Positions 35,546 to 42,932 of a DNA stretch of 42,932 nucleotides are shown one piece after another. The DNA lies in the IMG/VR virus record IMGVR_UViG_3300049228_000074, positions 1 through 42,932 of that record; one strand, 5' to 3'. Position 1 is the stretch's first letter; each line of letters opens with the position of its first letter. Both the position numbers and the translations under genes were made by a program. The notes beneath the pieces were generated by a model that was not told the origin of the DNA, made no database searches, and saw only the letters and a list, made by a program, of their open reading frames with translations. The DNA is from a virus. Its lineage: Duplodnaviria > Caudoviricetes.

Positions 35546-36498
35546 GTAATCTCATCACCACGCAGATCGACCAACTGGCCGTCACTTTCGACTTACCAAA
35601 AAGTGCCGAGCTTTACGAAGTCCTAAAGGCCACGGCATTCAAAGGCGAAGTGTCAGACGCGCAACTCAGCGCCCTGCTGATCGTTGCTAACCAGTACAAG
35701 CTCAACCCTTGGACGAAGGAGATTTACGCCTTCCCCGACAAGAAAAACGGCATCATCCCTGTGGTCAGTGTGGACGGCTGGGCGCGCATCATCAACTCGA
35801 ATTTGCAGTATGACGGCATGGAATTCAACGTGTCAGACGAAATGATTGCCCTGGACGGCACGATCAACAAAGCCCCGGCTTGGACTGAATGCGTCATCTA
35901 CCGCAAAGACCGGGCGCACCCGACCAAAATCCGAGAATACATCGACGAGGTGTACAAACCGCCTTTCAAGAGCAAGGACGGCTATCTGATCACCGGGCCG
36001 TGGCAGACCCACCCAAAACGGTTCTCTCGCCACAAAGCCATGATCCAGTGTGCCCGTATGGCGTTCGGGTTTGGTGGCATCTATGACGAGGATGAGGCAA
36101 CACGAATCGCTGATGCCAAGCAGCCGCCCAAGGACATGGGCATGGTCGAAGAACTGCCACCGAAGGCCCCTCCAGCATACTCCACCGACAAATTCAACAC
36201 CAACCTGCCAGCCTGGCTCAAGTCCATTGCCGAAGGCAAGGCCACGCCCGACAAGATCATCGCCAAGCTGCGCACCATCGGCACGCTCACGCAGGAGCAG
36301 ATCGACGCGATCAGCAAGCCAGCAAAGCCGGTGGTGACCTTTGCCCAAGTGGCCGAAGCCATGGTCAAAGCGGCAAATGCCGATGCGCTGGACGCCGCTG
36401 CAGATCTCATTGGCGAAGTGGCCGATGTCTGGCAGCGTGAGGAGTTGTCGGCCCAATACGAAGCCCGCAAGGCTGAATTTGAAGGAGCGCCAGCATGA
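35542..36498 (+). CDS. bet: Single-strand annealing recombinase (Red-beta/Bet, RecT family)
   Basis: LLIVANQYKLNPWTKEIYAFPDK..GI.PVV.VDGW.RIIN, W..HPKR..RHKAMIQCAR.AFGF.GIYDEDEA; GTG start with SD AAAGGA. Confidence 0.9.
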   Translation: MSNLITTQIDQLAVTFDLPKSAELYEVLKATAFKGEVSDAQLSALLIVANQYKLNPWTKEIYAFPDKKNGIIPVVSVDGWARIINSNLQYDGMEFNVSDEMIALDGTINKAPAWTECVIYRKDRAHPTKIREYIDEVYKPPFKSKDGYLITGPWQTHPKRFSRHKAMIQCARMAFGFGGIYDEDEATRIADAKQPPKDMGMVEELPPKAPPAYSTDKFNTNLPAWLKSIAEGKATPDKIIAKLRTIGTLTQEQIDAISKPAKPVVTFAQVAEAMVKAANADALDAAADLIGEVADVWQREELSAQYEARKAEFEGAPA

Positions 36499-38162
36499 TT
36501 GTTCATTCATTGGTGCAAGGGTCTGATCTCTGGCATGCCCACCGCGCCACCCACTTCAACGCCAGCGATGCTGCGGCCATGATGGGCTGCAGCTCCTACG
36601 AGACGCGCAATCAACTGCTGCACCGGATCAAGACCGGCATCACGCCCGAAGTTGATGCGGGCACCCAGCGTCTGTTTGATCGCGGGCACGCCTTGGAGGC
36701 ATTTGCCCGTCCGTTGGCGGTTGAAATCGTCGGGGAAGACCTGTACCCAATCACGGGTACGAATGGCCGCTACAGCGCTAGCTTCGATGGCTTAGTGATG
36801 GATGAAAGCACTGGCTGGGAATGCAAGAGCCTGAATGAAGAACTGCGCAAGGTTATGCCGGAAGGCGAGACGCCAGCCAACAACGTGACGTTGCCGATGA
36901 TGTACCGCGTACAAATGGAGCACCAATGCCTCGTTTCCGGAGCTGAAAAAGAGCTGTTCACCGCCACCGATGGCACTGACACCCGCCACTGCTGGTATCG
37001 ACAAGACCCTGAGTTGCAGGTGCAAATTATTGCTGGGTGGGAGCAATTCGCCATCGACCTCGCCGCCTACGTCCCGGTCGAAGCTGCACCCGTGGCCGCG
37101 CCAAAGTTTGTTGGCAGCCTGCCAGTCGTGTTTGACATGCGCGTCGAGGGCCGCATGGTGGCCTGCAACCTGGAGCAGTACAAACCTGTCGCCCTGGCCT
37201 ACATCGCAGCCATCAACACAAAACTGGAAACGGATCAGCACTTCGCCGATGCCAACGCCGATGCCAAGTTTTGCCGGGATTCAGCCGATAAGCTGGAACT
37301 CGCCATCGAGCAGGCCCTGGGCCAGATGGGCGACATCAATACCGCAATCAACACGGTGCGCGAAATTGCCGCTGCGTTTGATGCCAAGGGGCTGGCGCTG
37401 GAGAAGGCGGTCAAGACCGAGAAGGACAGCCGCAAGGTCGCCATCATCACCGCCGGGCGCACGGCTCTGGGAAAGCACGAAGCCACCCTGCAAGAGCGCA
37501 CACAGCATCACCTGCCGCCTACCCTGCAGAACTTTGAAACCGTCTGCAAAGGGCTCAAAAGCATCGCCAGCATTCAAAACGCGGTCGATACCGAGCTGGC
37601 TCGCTGCAAGATCGAAGCGAATGCCGAAGCCGACAAGATCCAGGCCAACCTGAAAACCCTTGCCGACCTGGGCCACCCCGAGCTGTTTGCCGACATTGGC
37701 CGGCTGGTGCTCAAGGCGCCGGATGATCTTTTGGCGGTTGCCAAGTCACGGGTTGCCGACCATCAGGCCAAGGAAGCGGCCCGCATTGAAGCGGACCGGG
37801 AGCGCATCCGGCAGGAAGAAATTGACCGGCTGGCGCGAGAGCAGGCTGAAGCTGCCGCCGTAAAAGCCGCTGCTGATGCTACGGCAAAGGCGCAGACCGT
37901 GCCGACGCCACAGGCCGTGCCATTCAGCGCTGTGGTGGCCGTGATGCCAACAGCCGTGCGCGCAGCCATGGAGCCAGTCGAGGAACCAGCGTTCGTCTAC
38001 AGCGTCACTCCCGTGCCTGCCGCCGAGCAGATCATCGTTGCCCCAAAAGCAAGCGCTGTGCGGCAGGAACTGAATGGCCGCCTGGACTTGCTTGACGATG
38101 GCGACTTGAAACGGGTTTTGAGCTTTGTGATGTCGCGGTTTTATGCGGGACAGACAGCATGA
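36495..38162 (+). CDS. YqaJ/lambda-exonuclease-family protein with long coiled-coil extension
   Basis: QGS..W..HR, ASDAAAMMG, GH..E..AR, ASFDGL, ECK, QMEHQ. Confidence 0.85.
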   Translation: MIVHSLVQGSDLWHAHRATHFNASDAAAMMGCSSYETRNQLLHRIKTGITPEVDAGTQRLFDRGHALEAFARPLAVEIVGEDLYPITGTNGRYSASFDGLVMDESTGWECKSLNEELRKVMPEGETPANNVTLPMMYRVQMEHQCLVSGAEKELFTATDGTDTRHCWYRQDPELQVQIIAGWEQFAIDLAAYVPVEAAPVAAPKFVGSLPVVFDMRVEGRMVACNLEQYKPVALAYIAAINTKLETDQHFADANADAKFCRDSADKLELAIEQALGQMGDINTAINTVREIAAAFDAKGLALEKAVKTEKDSRKVAIITAGRTALGKHEATLQERTQHHLPPTLQNFETVCKGLKSIASIQNAVDTELARCKIEANAEADKIQANLKTLADLGHPELFADIGRLVLKAPDDLLAVAKSRVADHQAKEAARIEADRERIRQEEIDRLAREQAEAAAVKAAADATAKAQTVPTPQAVPFSAVVAVMPTAVRAAMEPVEEPAFVYSVTPVPAAEQIIVAPKASAVRQELNGRLDLLDDGDLKRVLSFVMSRFYAGQTA

Positions 38163-38362
38163 GCGACACCATCGACGGCCACAAAGCCATTGCCGATCAC
38201 CGCAAGGCCCTGCGTGTGAAGTATGGTGTCAACTGCCCTTGGTGCGCCGCAAAGCGGCCCAAGGCTCACCCGTCCATCCTGATGCCGCAACAGCGCTGCC
38301 GGGTGGACGGCTACCGTGATCCACGGCCTGAGTTGACGGATCAGCAGTGGAGTGAGGTATGA
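38159..38362 (+). CDS. Small zinc-binding hypothetical protein
   Basis: CPWC...C; ATGA overlaps. Confidence 0.55.
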   Translation: MSDTIDGHKAIADHRKALRVKYGVNCPWCAAKRPKAHPSILMPQQRCRVDGYRDPRPELTDQQWSEV

Positions 38363-38808
38363 CCCTACCCTACGAAAACGCCACCAGCGGCGAACGCGCC
38401 CTCGGTGAAATCCAAAAGCTACTGCGCGGGTTTGGCTGCAATAAGTTCGGCTCAATGGTCGATGACGGTGATGGCACAGTGCTGGTCCAATTCGTGTACC
38501 GGGAGCGCAATGTCAGCGTCAAGGCCAGCATTAAGGGCTACGCTGCTGCCTGGCTCAAGGAACACCCCTACAGCCACCGCACACGCGGCACCTTGGAGCA
38601 ACACCAACGCAAGGCCATGGACATCGCCAGCGTGGCCGTCTACAGCATCTTGCGCGACTGGATCAAAGGCCAGATCACGGCAATCGAAACCGGCATTCTG
38701 ACCTTTGAGGGCGCGTTTCTGGGTCAAATTCTGCTGGGCAACGGCAAGACCATCCTGGAACACGCCACTGAATCGAAAATACTACCAGCATTGGAGTTTA
38801 CAAAATGA
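38359..38808 (+). CDS. Hypothetical phage protein
   Basis: 149 aa; EIQKLL..FGC, ILRDWIKGQ.TAIE.G...FE.AFL. Confidence 0.6.
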   Translation: MTLPYENATSGERALGEIQKLLRGFGCNKFGSMVDDGDGTVLVQFVYRERNVSVKASIKGYAAAWLKEHPYSHRTRGTLEQHQRKAMDIASVAVYSILRDWIKGQITAIETGILTFEGAFLGQILLGNGKTILEHATESKILPALEFTK

Positions 38809-39002
38809 CCGAAGAAAAAACCATTCAAGATCAGATGATTGAATCGGCAAAAGCAATCGCTTTGCACAACGTCCCAACACCTGCGCAGGTTTGGCTTTCA
38901 ATCTTTTGCGCGGCAATAAATAGAGAGCACGGGAATGATTTGTATGCCACTGCTGTGGCAGACTCAGGCGTGCTCAAATATACAGCGAGGTTCTTGAAAT
39001 GA
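38805..39002 (+). CDS. Hypothetical protein
   Basis: 65 aa, ATGA overlaps. Confidence 0.5.
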   Translation: MTEEKTIQDQMIESAKAIALHNVPTPAQVWLSIFCAAINREHGNDLYATAVADSGVLKYTARFLK

Positions 39003-39328
39003 CCGCACTAAAAAACGCCGCCGAAATCAAGCACATGGCAGATCATGGGTTTGAGAGCGTGGAGTACGAAGGCGGCGACGGCACTAATTTTTGGCGTCCT
39101 GCTTACAGCCTTGTACATCCGCTGTCGCACATCCATCTTACATGGCGCATCAAGCCCGCCACACTGCGGATCAATGTGGAGATTCCGAGGCCAGTTTTCG
39201 ACCGCCAAACGGGCTACGGGATTGAACTTGTGTGCGGCGGAACTACGGGCAAGCGTTTTTACTTTGCGACCGAATCAGACCGCGACGAAGCCGAGCGCAT
39301 CCTGGTTGCTGCGCTGAGGGGGGAGTGA
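38999..39328 (+). CDS. Hypothetical protein (WRIKP motif)
   Basis: 109 aa, coupled to both neighbours. Confidence 0.5.
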   Translation: MTALKNAAEIKHMADHGFESVEYEGGDGTNFWRPAYSLVHPLSHIHLTWRIKPATLRINVEIPRPVFDRQTGYGIELVCGGTTGKRFYFATESDRDEAERILVAALRGE

Positions 39329-39687
39329 TGGAAACCACTGACCTTATCGAACGCTGCCTCAACTGGCTACAACACGTCCAGTTCATGGACTACAAATTCC
39401 AAGTGCGCGAATCTCATGGTGGCGTGTTCATGCAAGCCAGTTACATGGAGCCCGACACGTACACACGCGACATGGAAACGCAGCTTACCCGCAAGTGGCT
39501 GCTGTCGCCCGGCATGACCGAGAGCGAGGTTGTGCAGACGGCCTTCAAATGTTGTCTGACCAGCATGGAGCATCGCACCCGCGAAAGTTTCCTGTACCAA
39601 GGTGCCCGCATATTTGGGCCGCACTTCGACGTGACTGATCTTGTCGCCCTTTGCAAAGATCGTGAAGATGCAGGAGGCCGCAAATGA
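39328..39687 (+). CDS. Conserved-looking phage protein of unknown function
   Basis: 119 aa; RKWLLSP.MT.SEVVQTAFK.....EH..RE.F.Y.G..IFGPH. Confidence 0.65.
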   Translation: METTDLIERCLNWLQHVQFMDYKFQVRESHGGVFMQASYMEPDTYTRDMETQLTRKWLLSPGMTESEVVQTAFKCCLTSMEHRTRESFLYQGARIFGPHFDVTDLVALCKDREDAGGRK

Positions 39688-40283
39688 AGGAAGCCCTGAT
39701 CGTTGTGGACATGCAATACGACTTCCTGCCGGGCGGAGCTTTGGCGATAGCTGGTGGAGACGAAATCCTGTCAGACATTGCCGACCTGATGCCTTGCTTT
39801 GACACGGTAATTTGCACGCAAGACTGGCACACGAGCGGGCATCTTTCTTTTGCTTCGACGCATGATCAGCCGCCGTTCAGCTCGAAATTGTTGCACGGCC
39901 AAGAGCACATCCTGTGGCCTGACCACTGCATTCAAGACAGTCTTGGCGCGGCGTTGCACCCGGAAATGCGCCAGCCTTGGGTGTCGTTGATTTTGCGTAA
40001 AGGTGCCAACACGTTGATTGATTCGTACAGCGCCTTCCATGAAAACTTTGGGCCTGATGGCCTGCGTAAATCGACCGGGCTACAGGGCTTCTTGAGTGGT
40101 CGCGGCATCACGCACGTTCATGTTTGCGGGCTGGCCCGTGACTACTGCGTGAAATGGACGGCACTTGATGCAGCGCCCGACTTCGACACAACGGTTCATT
40201 GGGACTTGACACGGGCCGTTGACCCGAAATCCGATGCAGCTACACGCGCAGAACTGCTTGACGCAGAAGTGAGGATCGTATGA
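39684..40283 (+). CDS. pncA: Nicotinamidase/pyrazinamidase
   Basis: VDMQYDF.PGGAL, QDWH, H.SF, WPDHC, RKG, DSYSAF, GLARDYCV; catalytic Asp/Lys/Cys and metal ligands present. Confidence 0.88.
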   Translation: MKEALIVVDMQYDFLPGGALAIAGGDEILSDIADLMPCFDTVICTQDWHTSGHLSFASTHDQPPFSSKLLHGQEHILWPDHCIQDSLGAALHPEMRQPWVSLILRKGANTLIDSYSAFHENFGPDGLRKSTGLQGFLSGRGITHVHVCGLARDYCVKWTALDAAPDFDTTVHWDLTRAVDPKSDAATRAELLDAEVRIV

Positions 40284-40675
40284 CCGGCCCCGAATTCGAG
40301 CCGTTGTTTTTCGAGGCAATGGACAAGTGGTTTAAATCGGGCAAGGTTGGGCCTGATCCGAGGGGGGAGTGGGACAGCATAGACCGCGAACACCCTGAAT
40401 GGCTGCATCCAGAAAATCCCTACATGCCATCATTTAAGGCCCAGCAATACCGCTGGCGCCCCGCCAAGAAGCGCACCGTCATCATCGGCGGTAAAGAGCT
40501 TGGCTGGCGAGAAACCTGCTACGGCCCGACGAATCAGACTGTTCGTTTGATCGAGTCTGGTAGCTCCGGCATTCATCAAGGCATTAGATGGAATGAATGG
40601 CCTGAGAAAACTTGGTGGATTGACGGAGATAGCCCGTCGAATCCGTGCCTGTTCAAGCCCCTGAATCCGAAATGA
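40280..40675 (+). CDS. Hypothetical protein (YRWRP motif, Trp-rich)
   Basis: 131 aa, ATGA overlaps. Confidence 0.5.
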   Translation: MTGPEFEPLFFEAMDKWFKSGKVGPDPRGEWDSIDREHPEWLHPENPYMPSFKAQQYRWRPAKKRTVIIGGKELGWRETCYGPTNQTVRLIESGSSGIHQGIRWNEWPEKTWWIDGDSPSNPCLFKPLNPK

Positions 40676-41055
40676 TCACACCACAAGAGCTACGCAATCT
40701 GGCAGAGCAGATCAAACGGAAGTTTGGAGATGCCGGGCGCGTGCCGGTAGAGCCGGATGCCTTGACTGCCTTGCTTGACCAAATCGAGCAGCTACAGGCA
40801 GAGCGGGATGTGCTGGCTGCTGAGAATGAGTCAATCCGCGAGTTGATGAATTGCTACAACCTAGGCGGTTGGACTGATTCGTTGGCGTTGATAAAAGAAC
40901 GCGACGCTCTCCGCACTGAAAAGAAAGCACGGGAGGATCAGAAGCCGCATCTTTGGATTGACGAGTACGCCGTACTTTACAAGTCCCGCCCCCGTGACGC
41001 TAACGCGGATCACAATCTACACGCCCTCTACCTATCCGCAGGAGCAAAAGAATGA
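40672..41055 (+). CDS. Ead/Ea22-like coiled-coil protein
   Basis: ELRNLAE...P..LTALLDQIEQLQAERD pattern. Confidence 0.5.
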   Translation: MITPQELRNLAEQIKRKFGDAGRVPVEPDALTALLDQIEQLQAERDVLAAENESIRELMNCYNLGGWTDSLALIKERDALRTEKKAREDQKPHLWIDEYAVLYKSRPRDANADHNLHALYLSAGAKE

Positions 41056-41468
41056 CGGCAATCGCAAAAACTTTGCTCACCGCCGCAGCACGCAGCGGTA
41101 ACCCTGGAGCGCTTGAATTGGCCGCGCAGCTTTCAGATGCTTGGCCTTGTAAAGTTTGCGACTTTGTTAATTACAAATGCCAGTGCGGCAAAGGAACTTC
41201 AATGTCTGAATACAAATTGCCTGAGCCAGACGGCTACGCCGCAATAGTTGACGGTCGAACAATCTTCACCGCCACCCAAATTCAAACCGCCTACCAAGCT
41301 GGCCTTGCTGCGCGGGTGCCGGAATATGACAAGAACGAATTAAATGCCGCAGTGACAGAGCTTTACGACGCAAAGATGCGGGAGGGTAAGCATGGGCACT
41401 ACGAAACATTGTTTCATTGCGTGCATGCTGCAATACGGCGAGTTTATGCAGCACCGGAGGCACCATGA
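41052..41468 (+). CDS. Hypothetical protein (possible fusion of two genes)
   Basis: 138 aa; CxxC...CxC, then an internal SD and in-frame ATG at 41202. Confidence 0.5.
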   Translation: MTAIAKTLLTAAARSGNPGALELAAQLSDAWPCKVCDFVNYKCQCGKGTSMSEYKLPEPDGYAAIVDGRTIFTATQIQTAYQAGLAARVPEYDKNELNAAVTELYDAKMREGKHGHYETLFHCVHAAIRRVYAAPEAP

Positions 41469-41749
41469 CCACCCAAACATCGCTTGAAAGACTATCCGCT
41501 CTTGAACGTGGTCAAACAATAACAAATGTGTGCGCTGGAGAGAAAAACCCGCATCGCCTGAGCTATTTTGTGGCTTTGGTTGAGGATCGCTATAAAAATA
41601 AGTATGGCATCGTACACACTTCCCACTTGGTCAAATGCACAGACGGCCACAGGAAGTTTTGGAAAACTGGGATTGATTTTATTTATCCAGGCCATATTGA
41701 CTATCAAGAAAGTTGCAAAATTTTTGAAGCGACGAGAGGCGAGCCATGA
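41465..41749 (+). CDS. Hypothetical protein
   Basis: 94 aa from ATG 41465, SD GGAGG. Confidence 0.55.
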   Translation: MTTQTSLERLSALERGQTITNVCAGEKNPHRLSYFVALVEDRYKNKYGIVHTSHLVKCTDGHRKFWKTGIDFIYPGHIDYQESCKIFEATRGEP

Positions 41750-41979
41750 CCCCAAAGACTAAACAGGCGCTGGAATTGGCGCAAAACGTTTTGACGTTTG
41801 TAATTAGTACGCCAGCAACAGTGGCGCTTAATGCAGTAAACGCAGCACTGGCAGAGTCTGAGCCGGTTAGGCTGACGGATGCGGATATTTACGAAATGTA
41901 CTCAGAGCCATGCAGCGATGCTGAAATGGTTGCATTTGCACGGGAAGTTGAAGCCGCTGTACTGGAGAAAAACAAATGA
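41746..41979 (+). CDS. Hypothetical protein
   Basis: 77 aa; LTDADI...FAREVEA motif. Confidence 0.55.
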   Translation: MTPKTKQALELAQNVLTFVISTPATVALNAVNAALAESEPVRLTDADIYEMYSEPCSDAEMVAFAREVEAAVLEKNK

Positions 41980-42110
41980 AAATGCGCCTTCGCCGTAAAC
42001 AGTTCTGACTCTTCTCGTGGCAAGAGCTTAAGTTTGAGGAGTGGGAATACCGCTCTGGGCGAGGTTTCAACATCTTTATGCGGGCAATCCCGAGAAAGTT
42101 TAAGCTATGA
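41976..42110 (+). pseudogene. 44-codon ORF with an internal TGA
   Basis: MKMRLRRKQF*LFSWQELKFEEWEYRSGRGFNIFMRAIPRKFKL*, ATGA overlap at both ends. Confidence 0.5.
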
Positions 42111-42397
42111 CCGACCAAATCAAGCCCAAGCGCCGCGTGGTTTGCGCGGCAATCCGCGCCGCTGATGGTGAGTTGTTAATCGGCATCCGACATTACAGCG
42201 CAGATATGCACAACCAAATGAGCAAGCGTAGTGATGGCTACAAGTTTCACTACCGAAGCGGCCGCAATCAAGGCTTCGTTGACCAATTCGGCGTTTACAT
42301 GGACAGGCGCGAGGCCTTCGACGTAGCGATGAAAGCGGGGCAAATTATCAACATGAATGCCTGCACTCACGAACTTTACAGCGAGGGGGTTTACTGA
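42107..42397 (+). CDS. Conserved-looking small phage protein
   Basis: VCAAIR...GIRH...QGFVDQFG.YMDRREA...AGQ...LYSE. Confidence 0.65.
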   Translation: MTDQIKPKRRVVCAAIRAADGELLIGIRHYSADMHNQMSKRSDGYKFHYRSGRNQGFVDQFGVYMDRREAFDVAMKAGQIINMNACTHELYSEGVY

Positions 42398-42678
42398 TGC
42401 CCGACGAGCCAATCAAGCTGGCGATTGAAGCGTTGGACGGGTTATTCACATCGTCAACAGTTTATGGCGGAGTCGCAGTTTGGCGTTTGGGCGGCTCTTA
42501 CTTGCCAACACAAGCCCTCGCCGCCCTGCGCAGCATCAAGCCGGATTGCCGGACGTGCGAACACTTTGACACTCGTGACAACTATTGCGTTCGTACCATC
42601 ACCAGGAAACGAACAGACTGCACCAACGGTGACAAGTACCAAGCGCGGCCTATTGTTCAACTCTATCTGAAAGAATGA
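42397..42678 (+). CDS. Hypothetical protein with Cys cluster
   Basis: 93 aa; CRTC...C...C. Confidence 0.5.
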   Translation: MPDEPIKLAIEALDGLFTSSTVYGGVAVWRLGGSYLPTQALAALRSIKPDCRTCEHFDTRDNYCVRTITRKRTDCTNGDKYQARPIVQLYLKE

Positions 42679-42679
42679 A

Positions 42680-42877
42680 ATGAAAACCACAGTCATCCTG
42701 ACAATCACCCACAAAAAGCACGTCCCAGACCTGTTGGATAAGATCGCTGGCTTGGTGTACACGCTAGTGGGTGGTGATGGCAACGTGACGGCGCGGCTAC
42801 CAACACAAAACGAGATTGCGGAAATGGCTTTACAGGAACTGGCGACCGAAGCGCAGGCAATTGGAGCATACAATTGA
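42680..42877 (+). CDS. Hypothetical protein
   Basis: 65 aa. Confidence 0.5.
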   Translation: MKTTVILTITHKKHVPDLLDKIAGLVYTLVGGDGNVTARLPTQNEIAEMALQELATEAQAIGAYN

Positions 42878-42932
42878 AGTACGCCCGCAAGGTTGATGCG
42901 AATCAATCCGACATCATTGATGCACTGCGACG
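42874..42932 (+). CDS. Partial endonuclease (VRR-NUC/PD-(D/E)XK-like), runs off the right edge
   Basis: TTG start overlapping the previous stop; MKYARKVDANQSDIIDALR. Confidence 0.55.
   Translation, partial: MKYARKVDANQSDIIDALR

Noticed and set aside
39316-40371. 12-bp direct repeat GAGGGGGGAGTG around the pncA pair
   Set aside because: A low-complexity 12-mer repeat is expected by chance in 43 kb, and the second copy is inside the next CDS
1-42932. Genome-wide stop-codon reassignment
   Set aside because: Core genes are full length under code 11 and TGA, TAA and TAG all end genes; only one internal TGA was seen

Overview
The window is a large internal segment of a dsDNA tailed phage or prophage. 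It looks podovirus-like and GC-rich; a proteobacterial host is plausible but cannot be established from sequence alone. Both ends cut through genes. A divergent control region at about 33.4-33.5 kb separates two arms. The leftward (minus-strand) arm carries a small RHH-like regulator, an N6/N4 methylase, a ParB-like protein, a GIY-YIG endonuclease, an SF2 helicase, a Toprim primase, nin-region genes and a winged-helix protein. These are followed by the late genes: terS, terL, portal, scaffold, N4-gp56/DUF4043-like capsid, adaptor, fibre-like proteins and tail proteins. The rightward arm carries Bet/RecT, a YqaJ exonuclease and many small accessory genes, including a nicotinamidase. I recognise no integrase, CI repressor, lysis genes, tRNA or CRISPR array. 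The main unexplained signals are: (1) five late-module boundaries with one precisely spaced promoter architecture, a CCCCCCA(C/G)TAG(G/T)G box, a -35, exactly 17 bp, then CAnnnT, with a candidate activator next to the first copy and two apparently leaderless mRNAs; (2) a 7.3 kb cassette of 20-aa-repeat fibre scaffolds and small beta-rich subunits, one scaffold carrying a CCP-like M14 carboxypeptidase; (3) PncA and a Tad2/DUF2829-like protein, suggesting counter-defence against NAD+-depleting immunity; (4) several structured non-coding elements; (5) frameshift, nonsense and deletion lesions confined to accessory genes. All family names are from motif recognition, not database searches.
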